Notes under the pieces: model-generated
Told to the model about the DNA's origin: nothing
The model's input: only the letters and a program-made list of their open reading frames with translations
Database searches by the model: none
Shown here: positions 9,936 through 19,219 of the stretch, piece by piece
Position numbering within the stretch: the stretch's first letter is position 1
Layout of the letters: each line of letters begins with the position of its first letter
Source: Anaeromyxobacteraceae bacterium
Lineage (GTDB): Bacteria; Myxococcota; Myxococcia; Myxococcales; Anaeromyxobacteraceae
NCBI GenBank assembly: GCA_032654565.1
Contig: JAULAX010000017.1
Coordinates: 1 to 64,000, forward strand
Reading direction: 5' to 3'
DNA length: 64,000 bases
Program-made: the position numbers and the translations under genes

Positions 9936-11141
9936 TCACGGCGCGTAGTGCGAACGCCGGCCGACCTGGCCGTAGCTGTTGTTGCCCCAGCACCAGGCCT
10001 CGCCTTCGGCGGTGAGTGCGCAGGTCGGCCGATCCGAGAGCCGCGCGAAGCGCACCGGCGCATCCACCTTCACCGGCGTCGTGCCCGGTGTGCGGGTGCC
10101 GTCGCCGAGTTCGCCGTTGTAGTTCTGCCCCCAGCACCAGGCCTCGCCTTCGGCGGTCAGCGCGCAGGTGTGCAGCTGTCCCGAACGAATGGCAACAAAA
10201 CGATGGCCACCGGGCACGGCCCGTGGACTGCCCACGTAGATCTCGCCGGCCGGCGCGTCCGCCACCGAAGGCGTTCCCCAGCACCAGGCGGCGCCGGCAT
10301 CGTCGAGCGCGCAACTGTGGTCCAGGCCGGCAGCGATGGCGCGGAACACATGGCCGCCCACCACCGCCAGCGGCAGGTTGCTGCCCTCGAGCCCGCCGCT
10401 GCCGCCGGCCGAGCCGACCCCGAGCTGGCCGTACCAGTTGTTGCCCCAGCACCAGGCCTGGCCCGCGGCCGAGATGCCGCAGCCGTGCATCTGGCCGAGA
10501 TCGAAGTCGACGATGGGCAGGCCCCAGTCCACACGTTCCGGCACCGGCATCCTTCCGTCGTCCTGGCCGTTGCCGAGCAGGCCACGCCAGTTGTAGCCCC
10601 AGCACCAGAGCTCGGAGCCCGCGGTGACGCCACAGGTGGCCTCGGCAGCGTCGGAGATGCGCAGGCGCTCGAAGCGATGGTCGCCGGCCACCCGCACCGG
10701 CGTGCTGCTGCTCGCGTTCAGTCCGTCGCCGAGCTGTCCACCCAGGCCGAAGCCCCAGCACCAGGCACGACCGTCCGGATCCAGTCCGCAGCTGTGGCCG
10801 TAACCGCCGGTGAGCACGAGCTGCGTGAACGCCGGCGCGCCGGCCACGCGCTGCGGCGTGCCCGTGCACGACACCAGCTCGATGCCGGGGATGTCGCAGG
10901 TGTCCAGCGTGGTGCGGGTGCCGAGCTCGCCGTCGCGGTTCACGCCCCAGCACCAGCTGCTGCCGTCGGTCGCGACGCCGCAGGTATGCGCCTGGCTGGT
11001 CTGCAGCTCGACGAAACGCAGCGTCGACGTGACGGCAATCGGCCGCGGGTAGTCCCGCGGCAGGCCCTCGTCCTCGCCGCCACCGCCGCAGGCGGCCAGC
11101 AGCAGCCCGCCGATCAACGCCCATGACGCTGGCTTCGACAT
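9936..11141 (-). CDS. RCC1-repeat beta-propeller lipoprotein
   Basis: Lipobox LLLAAC; seven repeats of (H)TC(G/A)...G.AWCWG.N..G.LG. Confidence 0.88.
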   Translation of the reverse strand: MSKPASWALIGGLLLAACGGGGEDEGLPRDYPRPIAVTSTLRFVELQTSQAHTCGVATDGSSWCWGVNRDGELGTRTTLDTCDIPGIELVSCTGTPQRVAGAPAFTQLVLTGGYGHSCGLDPDGRAWCWGFGLGGQLGDGLNASSSTPVRVAGDHRFERLRISDAAEATCGVTAGSELWCWGYNWRGLLGNGQDDGRMPVPERVDWGLPIVDFDLGQMHGCGISAAGQAWCWGNNWYGQLGVGSAGGSGGLEGSNLPLAVVGGHVFRAIAAGLDHSCALDDAGAAWCWGTPSVADAPAGEIYVGSPRAVPGGHRFVAIRSGQLHTCALTAEGEAWCWGQNYNGELGDGTRTPGTTPVKVDAPVRFARLSDRPTCALTAEGEAWCWGNNSYGQVGRRSHYAP

Positions 11142-11201
11142 CCGGTCACCTCGCATGGCCGGCAGTCTGCGACGCACGGCCGCAGCCACCATTGCGAAGG
11201 C

Positions 11202-12392
11202 TCAACGCAGCGCTGCGGCCGGCGGGCGAGCCATGGCGAAGGCGAAGACGGCCACTGCGCCGAGCAAGGCGAGCCCGAGCAGCAGTTCGCGGTAACCGGG
11301 CAGCGCGAGCAGCAGCCAGGCGGTGGCCAGTGGCGCCGCCGCGCGCGAAAGCAACGCGATCGCGCTCATCGCGCCGCTGATGCGGCCGACATGCTCACGG
11401 CCGAAGTACTCCGGCACCAGGCTGCCGCGCACGATGGTCACCAGGCCGTTGGCCAGGCCGAACAGCAGCGCGAAGAGCAGCAGCGCGAGCGTGCCGTCGG
11501 CCAGCGCGAAGATCGCCAGCGACACCGGCAGCCCGCCCAGCACGACCAGGCCGAGCATGCGCGACGACACCCAGCGACCGAAGGCCAGGTAGGCCAAACG
11601 CCCAGCCACCTGGGCCGGGCCGAACCACACCACCACCGCCAGCGCGCGTGCGTCGCTCAGGCCCTTGGCCGCCAGCGCCGGCATGATGTGCGCCCACAGC
11701 GCCGCGGCCGAGAACGAATAGAGCGTGAAGGTCGCGGTGAGCAGCCAGAAGGATCGTTCGCGCAGCGCCTCGTGCAGCGTGGCGTCGTCGGCGGCGTCGT
11801 GGGCGCGCGGCGGCGCGTCCTGCGTCGGCGTGCCGCGCAGCGCCCAGGCGTGCAGCGGCGCCACCACGACGAGCAGCACGGCGCCGATGACGGCCAGCGC
11901 GCCGCGCCAGTCGAACAGCGCGAGCAGCCAGGCCACCGCCGGGAAGGACAGCGTGCTGGCGAAGCCGCCCACCAGCGTCAGCGAGGTGATGCCCTCGCGG
12001 TACTGCGCCGGGAATCGCTTCGTCAACACGTTGAAGGCCGGCTCGTACAGCGTCATCGCCATCGATGCGCCGAGCAGCACCCAGGCGGCGTAGAGCAGCG
12101 GCAGCGATTCGGCGCGCGACCAGACGAGGAAGCCGATGCCGGCCAGCGCCGCGCCCAGCGTCATCAGCGCACGCCCGCGGCCGTGGTCGATGGCGGCGCC
12201 GGCGGCATAGGTGGCCGCGCCCCACATGGCCAGGCCGACGGTGAAGGCGCCCATCATGTCGGGCTTGCTCCAGCCCATGGCGCGCTGCATGGGCAGCACG
12301 AAGGACGAGAAGCCGTAGTACAGCGCGGCCCAGCAGAGCAACTGGCCTGCCGCGAGGGCCGCGACGGTGGCGCGAAAGCTCGGTGGGTTCAC
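11202..12392 (-). CDS. MFS transporter
   Basis: Highly hydrophobic with ~12 TM; GQLLCWAALYY, IDHGRGR, LYEPAF, TLVGGFAST. Likely GTG start at 12392. Confidence 0.85.
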   Translation of the reverse strand: MNPPSFRATVAALAAGQLLCWAALYYGFSSFVLPMQRAMGWSKPDMMGAFTVGLAMWGAATYAAGAAIDHGRGRALMTLGAALAGIGFLVWSRAESLPLLYAAWVLLGASMAMTLYEPAFNVLTKRFPAQYREGITSLTLVGGFASTLSFPAVAWLLALFDWRGALAVIGAVLLVVVAPLHAWALRGTPTQDAPPRAHDAADDATLHEALRERSFWLLTATFTLYSFSAAALWAHIMPALAAKGLSDARALAVVVWFGPAQVAGRLAYLAFGRWVSSRMLGLVVLGGLPVSLAIFALADGTLALLLFALLFGLANGLVTIVRGSLVPEYFGREHVGRISGAMSAIALLSRAAAPLATAWLLLALPGYRELLLGLALLGAVAVFAFAMARPPAAALR

Positions 12393-12497
12393 TGGCCCGA
12401 TTATTCCCGCCGGCCTTGTCGCGGCAGGGACAAGGAAAAATGGCACGATCGTGCTAAAACCACCGGTGGCCCGCGGGCCCTCAACGGAGACCGAGAC

Positions 12498-13679
12498 ATG
12501 GACCTGAACTTCACGCCCGAGGAACAAGCCTTCCGGGCCGAGATCCGCGCCTGGGTGGCGGCCAACCTGCCCAAGGACATCAGCCACAAGGTGCACAACG
12601 CCCTGCACCTGACGCGCGAGGACATGCAGCGCTGGGCGAAGATCCTCGGCAAGCAGGGCTGGCACGGCTGGGCCTGGCCCAAGCAGTTCGGCGGCCCGGG
12701 CTGGAACGTCATCCAGCGCCACCTGTTCGAGGAGGAATGTGCACTGGCCGGTGCGCCGCGCGTCGTGCCCTTCGGCCCGGTGATGGTGGCGCCGGTGATC
12801 ATGGCCTTCGGTTCGCCCGAGCAGCAGGCGCGCCACCTGCCCGGCATCATGAGCGGCGAGGTGTGGTGGAGCCAGGGCTACAGCGAGCCGGGCTCGGGCT
12901 CCGACCTGGCCTCGCTGAAGTGCAAGGCCGAGCGCCGCGGCGACTACTACATCGTCAACGGCCAGAAGACCTGGACCACGCTGGGCCAGTACGGCGACTG
13001 GATCTTCTGCCTGGTGCGCACCAGCAGCGACGGCAAGCCGCAGACCGGCATCAGCTTCCTGCTCATCGACATGAAGAGCCCGGGCATCACGGTGCGGCCG
13101 ATCATCATGCTCGACGGCAGCCCCGAGGTGAACGAGGTCTGGTTCGACAACGTCGAGGTGCCGGCCGACAACCTGGTGGGCGAGGAGAACAAGGGCTGGA
13201 CCTACGCCAAGCACCTGCTCGCCCACGAGCGCACCAACATCGCCGACGTGAACCGCGCCAAGCGCGAGCTCGAGCGGGTCAAGCGCATCGCCAAGGCGGA
13301 AGGTGTCTACGAGGACACGCGCTTCCGCGACGAGATCGCCAAGCTCGAGGTCGACATCGTCGCGCTCGAGATGATGGTGCTGCGCGTGCTGTCGGCCGAG
13401 AAGAGCGGCAAGGCGGCGCTGGATGTGGCCGGCCTGCTGAAGATCCGCGGCAGCGAGATCCAGCAGCGTTACAGCGAGCTGATGATGCTCGCCGCCGGGC
13501 CCTACGCCGTGCCCTTCGTGCGCGAGGCGATGGAAGCCGGCTGGCAGGGCGACCAGGTCGGCGCCGCGCACTGCGCGCCGCTGGCCGCCACCTACTTCAA
13601 TTACCGCAAGACGACGATCTACGGTGGGTCCAACGAGGTCCAGCGCAACATCGTCTCCGCCACCGTGCTCGGGAGCTGA
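12498..13679 (+). CDS. Acyl-CoA dehydrogenase (PimC-like large subunit)
   Basis: MDLNFTPEE, WSQGYSEPGSGSDLASL, VNGQKTWT, VNEVWFDNV, TIYGGSNEVQRNI. Confidence 0.92.
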   Translation: MDLNFTPEEQAFRAEIRAWVAANLPKDISHKVHNALHLTREDMQRWAKILGKQGWHGWAWPKQFGGPGWNVIQRHLFEEECALAGAPRVVPFGPVMVAPVIMAFGSPEQQARHLPGIMSGEVWWSQGYSEPGSGSDLASLKCKAERRGDYYIVNGQKTWTTLGQYGDWIFCLVRTSSDGKPQTGISFLLIDMKSPGITVRPIIMLDGSPEVNEVWFDNVEVPADNLVGEENKGWTYAKHLLAHERTNIADVNRAKRELERVKRIAKAEGVYEDTRFRDEIAKLEVDIVALEMMVLRVLSAEKSGKAALDVAGLLKIRGSEIQQRYSELMMLAAGPYAVPFVREAMEAGWQGDQVGAAHCAPLAATYFNYRKTTIYGGSNEVQRNIVSATVLGS

Positions 13680-13680
13680 C

Positions 13681-14814
13681 ATGGACTTCGACTTTTCCGA
13701 CGACCAGGAATCGCTGCGCGACGCGGTGCGCCGCTGGGTCGACAAGGGTTTCTCGTTCGAGCGCCGCCATGGCATCGCCAAGTCCGGCGGCCGCACGCGC
13801 GAGGTCTACGCCGAGCTGGCCGAACTGGGCCTGACCGGCCTGGCCGTGCCCGAGTCGCACGGCGGCATGGGCTTCGGCCCCATCGAGGCGATGGTGGTGT
13901 GCGAGGAACTGGGCCGCGGCCTGGTCAGCGCGCCCTACGCGCAGGGCGCGCTGGTGGCACCGGTGCTGCTGTCGGCCGCCCCGGCCGACGTTCAGTCAGC
14001 GTGGCTGCCGAAGATCGCCGACGCCTCCGCGCTGGTGGTGCTCGCGCACCAGGAGCGCGCCGCACGCTACCGGCTGAACCACGTCACCACCAAGGCGACG
14101 AAGGCCGGCAGCGGCTGGGCGCTGACGGGCGCGAAGAGCGTCGTGCCGGCCGGCGACGAGGCCGATGCCTTCGTCGTGCCGGCGCGCACGGCCGGTGCCG
14201 ACGGCGATGCCCAGGGCATCGCGCTGTTCATCGTGCCCAAGGGCGCGGCCGGCCTGGCCGTGCGCGGCTACCCGACGCAGGACGGCGCCCGCGCCGCCGA
14301 GCTCACGCTGAAGGACACGCCGGCGACGCTGATCGCCAGCGACGCGCTGCCGGTGCTCGAGCATGCGGTGGACGCCGGCATTGCCGCCGTGTGCGCCGAG
14401 GCGGTCGGCGTGATGGACAAGCTGGTTGCCGTCACGGCGGAATACATGAACACGCGCAAGCAGTTCGGCGTGGCCATCTCCAGCTTCCAGGCGCTGCGCC
14501 ACCGCATCGCCGACGTGAAGATGCAGCTCGAGCTGGGCCGCTCGATGAGCTACTACGCCAGCCTGAAGATGGGCGAGCCGGCCGCGGCGCGCCGGCGTGC
14601 GCTGGCGCAGGCCAAGTACCAGCTGTGCAACTCGGTGCGTTACGTCGGCCAGCAGTGCATCCAGCTGCACGGCGGCATCGGCGTCACCGACGAGTACATC
14701 GGCAGCCACTACTTCAAGCGTCTCACGATGCTGGAGATGGCCTTCGGCGACAGCCTGCACCAGCTCGGCGAGGTGTCGGCGCGCATGCAGGACACGGCGG
14801 GGGTGTTTGCCTGA
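13681..14814 (+). CDS. Acyl-CoA dehydrogenase (PimD-like partner subunit)
   Basis: MDFDFSDDQ, RKQFGVAISSFQALRHRIAD, IQLHGGIG. Starts 1 bp after the previous gene. Confidence 0.9.
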   Translation: MDFDFSDDQESLRDAVRRWVDKGFSFERRHGIAKSGGRTREVYAELAELGLTGLAVPESHGGMGFGPIEAMVVCEELGRGLVSAPYAQGALVAPVLLSAAPADVQSAWLPKIADASALVVLAHQERAARYRLNHVTTKATKAGSGWALTGAKSVVPAGDEADAFVVPARTAGADGDAQGIALFIVPKGAAGLAVRGYPTQDGARAAELTLKDTPATLIASDALPVLEHAVDAGIAAVCAEAVGVMDKLVAVTAEYMNTRKQFGVAISSFQALRHRIADVKMQLELGRSMSYYASLKMGEPAAARRRALAQAKYQLCNSVRYVGQQCIQLHGGIGVTDEYIGSHYFKRLTMLEMAFGDSLHQLGEVSARMQDTAGVFA

Positions 14815-14850
14815 GGGAGAGGCGAAGGGCGTGCCGGCTACCATGCCGGC

Positions 14851-15828
14851 ATGACTGATTCGATCTGCGACGTGGCCGGCGTGAGCGTCGGCCACTTCAC
14901 CGACACCCGCCGCCCCACCGGCTGCACCGTGGTGCTGGTGCCCGAGGGCGCGGTGTGCGGCGTCGACGTGCGCGGCGCCGCGCCCGGCACGCGCGAGACC
15001 GAGTTGCTGTCGCCGCTGAACGCCGTCGAGCAGGTCCACGCCGTGCTGCTGGCCGGCGGCAGCGCCTTCGGGCTCGATGCCGCCGGCGGCGTGATGCGCT
15101 GGCTCGAAGAGCGTGGCATCGGCGTGCAGGTCGGCCCGGCCCGCGTTCCCATCGTGCCGGCGGCGATCCTGTTCGACCTGTGGCTGGGCGATGCGCGCAT
15201 CCGCCCCGATACCGCATCGGGCCACGCAGCCTGCGAAGCGGCATCGCGCGACACTCCGGCTCAGGGCAACTTCGGCGCCGGTGCCGGGGCGAGCGTGGGC
15301 AAGCTGTTCGGCATCGAGCGCGCCATGAAGGGCGGCATCGGCAGCGCCTCGGTCTCGGTGGGCGGCATCACCGTCGGTGCGATCGTCGCCGTCAACGCGC
15401 TCGGCGACGTCATCGACCCGGCCACCGGCCGGCCGATCGCCGGTGCGCGCACGGCCGATGGCCGCTCACTGCAGGGCACGATGGCGACGCTGCTGCGCGG
15501 CGAACTGCCCGCGCCCTTCCAGCCCGGCGGCGCCACCACGCTCGGCGTGATCGCCACCGATGCCACGCTCACCAAGGCGCAGGCCAACAAGATCGCGCAG
15601 ATGGCGCACGACGGCCTGGCGCGCTGCATCAACCCGGTGCACACCATGGGCGACGGCGACGTGCTGTTCGCGCTGGGCACTGGCGCCTCGGGGCGCGAGG
15701 CCAATACCACGCTGCTCGGTGCACTGGCCGCCGAGGTGACCGCGCGCGCGGTCGTCAACGCCGTGCGCGCCGCGCGCCGGCTCGCCGGCCCGGGCCTGCC
15801 CGACCTCCCTTCCCTTCACGAGTTGTGA
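14851..15828 (+). CDS. P1/DmpA family peptidase (S58)
   Basis: V.GV.VGH, GVDVRGAAPGTRET, GGSAFGL, GAGAGA, TTLGVIATDA, AHDGLAR.I.PVHT..DGD. Confidence 0.9.
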   Translation: MTDSICDVAGVSVGHFTDTRRPTGCTVVLVPEGAVCGVDVRGAAPGTRETELLSPLNAVEQVHAVLLAGGSAFGLDAAGGVMRWLEERGIGVQVGPARVPIVPAAILFDLWLGDARIRPDTASGHAACEAASRDTPAQGNFGAGAGASVGKLFGIERAMKGGIGSASVSVGGITVGAIVAVNALGDVIDPATGRPIAGARTADGRSLQGTMATLLRGELPAPFQPGGATTLGVIATDATLTKAQANKIAQMAHDGLARCINPVHTMGDGDVLFALGTGASGREANTTLLGALAAEVTARAVVNAVRAARRLAGPGLPDLPSLHEL

Positions 15829-15833
15829 ACCCC

Positions 15834-17213
15834 ATGACGTCGATGACCCTCACCCGCCGCGCGGCGCTGCTGCTGGCCGCCGCCCTGCTGTCCGCCTGCG
15901 CGCTCAAGCCGGCCGACACGCAGCCGCCGCCCATCGTGTTCGTGCACGGCAACGGCGACAGCGCCTCGATGTGGCTGACCACCGTGTGGCGCTTCGAATC
16001 CAACGGCTGGCCGCGCGAGCGCCTGCACGCGGTGGACATGCCCTACCCGCTGGCCCGCGATGCCGACGACAAGGCCCAGCCCGGCCGCAGTTCGGCCGAC
16101 GAGCAGATGAAGTTCCTCGCCGCCGAGGTCGACCGGGTGCTCGCGCGCACCGGCGCCGCCCAGGTCGTGCTGATGGGCGCCTCGCGCGGCGGCAACACGA
16201 TCCGCCACTACATCGCCCACGGCGGCGGCGCGGCCAAGGTGTCGCACGCCATCCTCGCCGGCACGCCCAGCCACGGCGTGTGGTCCAACCCGAAGTTCCT
16301 GCCGAACAGCGAGTTCAACGGCAGCGGCCCCTTGCTGACGCGGCTGAACAACCAGGGCGGCCCGGGCATCGAGATCACCCCCGGCCCGAAGTGGCTGACG
16401 ATCCGCTCCGACAACAACGACAAGTACGCGCAGCCCGACGGCGTGTGGATCGGTGCCAAGGGCACGCCGACCCACGTGGGCTTCGACGGGCCCGAGCTCA
16501 AGGGCGCAGAGAACGTGGTGATCGCCGGCATCGACCACCGCGAGACGGCCTGCGGCCCGCTGGGTTTCGCCGCCGCCCACCGCTTCCTGACCGGCCGCGC
16601 GCCGGTGGTCATCGCCGCCGCCATCGAGCCGCGCGTGCTGCTCGACGGCAAGCTCAGCGGCCTGGGCGCCGACAACAGGCCGGGCAGCGGCAACGGCGCG
16701 AACAACCTGGCGCTGGCCGGCGCCACGGTGGAGGTCTACGCGACCGACGCCGCCAGCGGCGAGCGGATCGGCCCGGCGCTGCACCGCAAGACGGTGGGCG
16801 CCGACGGCCGCTGGGGGCCCTTGGCAGTGACCAGCAAGACGGCGCTGGAGTTCGTCGTCAGCGCCGATGGCTACGCAACCACTCATGTGTACCGGCCGCC
16901 CTTCGCGCGTTCGTCGTCGCTGGTGAACCTTCGCGCCGAGCGCATCGCCGACGCCGACAAGGACGCGCCGGCGGTGGTGGCGCTGACGCGCCCGCGCGGC
17001 TACTTCGGCGTCCCGCGTGACGAGATCATGCTCGACGGCAAGAGCCCGCCGGCCGGCATCGCGCCGGGTGTGGCGGGCGTCTCGCTGGTCAAGGCGCGGC
17101 TGGCCGACGCCGCCTCGCGCAGCGTGGCCGCGGCGTTCAACGGCGAGCGCATCGTCGGGCGCAGTTGGCCGACGGCAGGCAACCACGTCGTGCTGCTCGA
17201 ACTGAATGATTGA
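15834..17213 (+). CDS. Alpha/beta-hydrolase (lipase-like) lipoprotein, possibly Tat-exported
   Basis: LTRR...LLSAC signal/lipobox; PIVFVHGNG; GASRG nucleophile elbow; DHRET. Confidence 0.82.
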   Translation: MTSMTLTRRAALLLAAALLSACALKPADTQPPPIVFVHGNGDSASMWLTTVWRFESNGWPRERLHAVDMPYPLARDADDKAQPGRSSADEQMKFLAAEVDRVLARTGAAQVVLMGASRGGNTIRHYIAHGGGAAKVSHAILAGTPSHGVWSNPKFLPNSEFNGSGPLLTRLNNQGGPGIEITPGPKWLTIRSDNNDKYAQPDGVWIGAKGTPTHVGFDGPELKGAENVVIAGIDHRETACGPLGFAAAHRFLTGRAPVVIAAAIEPRVLLDGKLSGLGADNRPGSGNGANNLALAGATVEVYATDAASGERIGPALHRKTVGADGRWGPLAVTSKTALEFVVSADGYATTHVYRPPFARSSSLVNLRAERIADADKDAPAVVALTRPRGYFGVPRDEIMLDGKSPPAGIAPGVAGVSLVKARLADAASRSVAAAFNGERIVGRSWPTAGNHVVLLELND

Positions 17214-17220
17214 CATGAAG

Positions 17221-17290
17221 CCCCAAGCTCGCTTTCGCTCGCTCCCCCCGAGGGGGCGCTCAGTGGCTTCGGGCGGCCGGGCGGCACTGA
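17221..17290 (+). repeat. REP-like CCCCCC/GGGGG double-hairpin element
   Basis: CCCCAAGC...CCCCCCGAGGGGGCGC then TCAGTG-GCTTCGGGCGGCCGGGCGG-CACTGA. Confidence 0.65.
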
Positions 17291-18123
17291 AATGAAACCG
17301 GTCAGCTCGCAGACAAGCGCAGACAGGCCAGAAGCTGCTTGCGGCCCGTTGCTGAAGTTCTCCGTCTGCGGTGCGGTTTTGGGTCGGCGTGGCAAAGGCG
17401 CGCCCGGGCAAGCTACGGCGCTTCGCCTCGGCGGTCGGTGCTGCGCACCGACTCCCCTGCGGCCCTGGCGCTTGCAAGCGCCAGGGCGTGCGCCAGGCAC
17501 AGAACAGTCCGCAGGGGACTGTTCTGTGTCCGGGCGCACTGCGTCGGTCTCGTGGCCCCGTCGCCGAACTCACTTCGCTCCCTGCGGTCGCTGCGTTCAG
17601 ACAACCGCGACGAGTCAGAAGACGATGCGCGCTGCGCGCGCGGCCACGAGCCCTGGCCTTGCAGGCCGCGCCGGGCCAGGAGGCCCGGCCGTTCGCAAGG
17701 CACAAGCGGTCCCCCGGACCGCTTGTGTCCCTGCTCACCTTCTCGGCGCCTCCGAGGCGCGCCTCCGCCTGCCCGGGCGCGCCTTTGCTGAACCGGTGGT
17801 GGTGTGCGCGACGAGGAACGCCACTGGTGGTCTTCGCGGCAGGCGCTGCCCGCTGGGGGCGATTTCTGGGGCGACGAGAAGCGCAGCGCCGGGGTCGGCG
17901 CGCGTGAGCGCGCTTCGTGAACTGACTTGCCGCGGCTGTTTGAACGCAGCGACCGCAGGTCGCGAAGTGAGTTCTGCGGCACGACCCCGGCGCGAGCATC
18001 GCAGTGCAGTCGGCCTGCAAGGCCGACCGCCCCAGCATGAGCCGCCAGCGGGCAGCGCCTGCCGCGACGCGCGAACCAGCCACGAAAGCAGACACCCGCA
18101 AACTTCAGCAAAGGGCCGCAAGC
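17288..18123. repeat. Large nested inverted-repeat element, copy 2 (inverted; two extra ~83-bp inserts)
   Basis: Reverse-complement homolog of 5175-5847. Outer IR 17337-17359 / 18101-18123 (22/23). Core IR 17566-17603 / 17937-17974 (35/38). Inserts at ~17461-17543 and ~17656-17738. Confidence 0.9.
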
Positions 18124-18186
18124 CGCCTCCCGACGCCCGAGGTTTCATGCGTCGCGGGTCGTGCGAAGCGCGGTGGAGCAGCTGAG

Positions 18187-18909
18187 ATGCAGATTTCCCA
18201 AGTGCTCTTTTCCCAGGGCTTCGGCACACGCCGCGAGTGCGAGTCGCTGGTGGCCGCCGGTTTCGTCAGCGTGCTGGGCGTGGTCTGCGAAGACCCGTGG
18301 CAGCAGTTCGACACCGACGGCCTCGTCTTCGGCGTGCAGGGCGTGAACTGGCCCTACCGCGAGCGTGCGCTGGTGGTGCTGAACAAACCGGCGGGCTACG
18401 AGTGCTCGCAGAAGCCCAAGCACCATGCCAGCGTCATCAGCCTGCTGCCCGCGCCGCTGCGCCGGCGCGGCCTGCAGCCGGTGGGCCGGCTCGACGAGGA
18501 CACCACCGGCCTGCTGCTGCTCACCGACGACGGCACGCTGATCCACCGCCTCACCTCGCCCAAGCACCACGTGCCCAAGGTCTACGAGGTGCAGTGCAAG
18601 CACGAGGTCGACACGAAGCAGGTCGCCGCACTGCTGGCCGGCGTGGTGCTCGAGGACGACCCCAAACCGGTGAAGGCGGCGGCCTGCGAGGCCGTCGGCA
18701 CGCACGGCATCCGGCTCACGCTCACCGAAGGCAAGTACCACCAGGTCAAGCGCATGGTGGCGGCCGCCGGCAATCGCGTCGAAGGCCTGCACCGCAGCAC
18801 GTTCGGCGCGCTCGCGCTGCCGGCCGACCTGGCGCCGGGCCAGTGGCGCTGGCTCGACGGCCCGCAGGCGATCATTGCGGCGCCGACGCCGCCGTCTTCC
18901 AGCCGTTGA
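18187..18909 (+). CDS. rsuA: RsuA-family pseudouridine synthase
   Basis: S4-like N-terminus; LNKPAGY; VGRLDEDTTGLLLLTDDG; PKVYEV; EGKYHQVKRM; LHRSTFG. Confidence 0.85.
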   Translation: MQISQVLFSQGFGTRRECESLVAAGFVSVLGVVCEDPWQQFDTDGLVFGVQGVNWPYRERALVVLNKPAGYECSQKPKHHASVISLLPAPLRRRGLQPVGRLDEDTTGLLLLTDDGTLIHRLTSPKHHVPKVYEVQCKHEVDTKQVAALLAGVVLEDDPKPVKAAACEAVGTHGIRLTLTEGKYHQVKRMVAAAGNRVEGLHRSTFGALALPADLAPGQWRWLDGPQAIIAAPTPPSSSR

Positions 18910-19219
18910 CCGAGCCGATGTAGGCCCACAGCAGGTCGATCTGCTCGGGCTTGAGCGTGCCGCCCCAGGCGGGCATGGCGTTCTTGCCGTGGGTCACCGA
19001 GCGCACGAAGCGCTCCTTGTCCTGCGCGGGGAAGGTGCGCAGGTCGAAGCCGATGCCGTTGGTGGCCAGGTTCAGGCCGTGGCAGCGCTGGCACGAGCTG
19101 ACGTAGATCTTCCGGCCGGCCGCGGCCGGGTCGGGCGCAGCCTCCTGCGCGCCCGCCGCCGGCCAGGCGGCGGCGAGCGCCAGGGCGAGGGCGAGCGCGA
19201 GATGCCGTCGAACGCTCAT
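18872..19219 (-). CDS. Periplasmic monoheme cytochrome c (likely acceptor for the PQQ dehydrogenase)
   Basis: Signal peptide; CQRCH heme motif; GKNAMPAW axial Met. Overlaps the stop of the PQQ dehydrogenase (ATGA). Confidence 0.9.
   Translation of the reverse strand: MSVRRHLALALALALAAAWPAAGAQEAAPDPAAAGRKIYVSSCQRCHGLNLATNGIGFDLRTFPAQDKERFVRSVTHGKNAMPAWGGTLKPEQIDLLWAYIGSVNGWKTAASAPQ

Noticed and set aside
11202..13796. Apparent long fusions or N-terminal extensions in the ORF track (MFS 864 aa, murB 579 aa, yfiN 622 aa, lspA 1077 aa, kynU 642 aa, RidA 615 aa, cytochrome c 612 aa)
   Set aside because: The extensions overlap neighbouring real genes; family motifs begin at the downstream starts used here.
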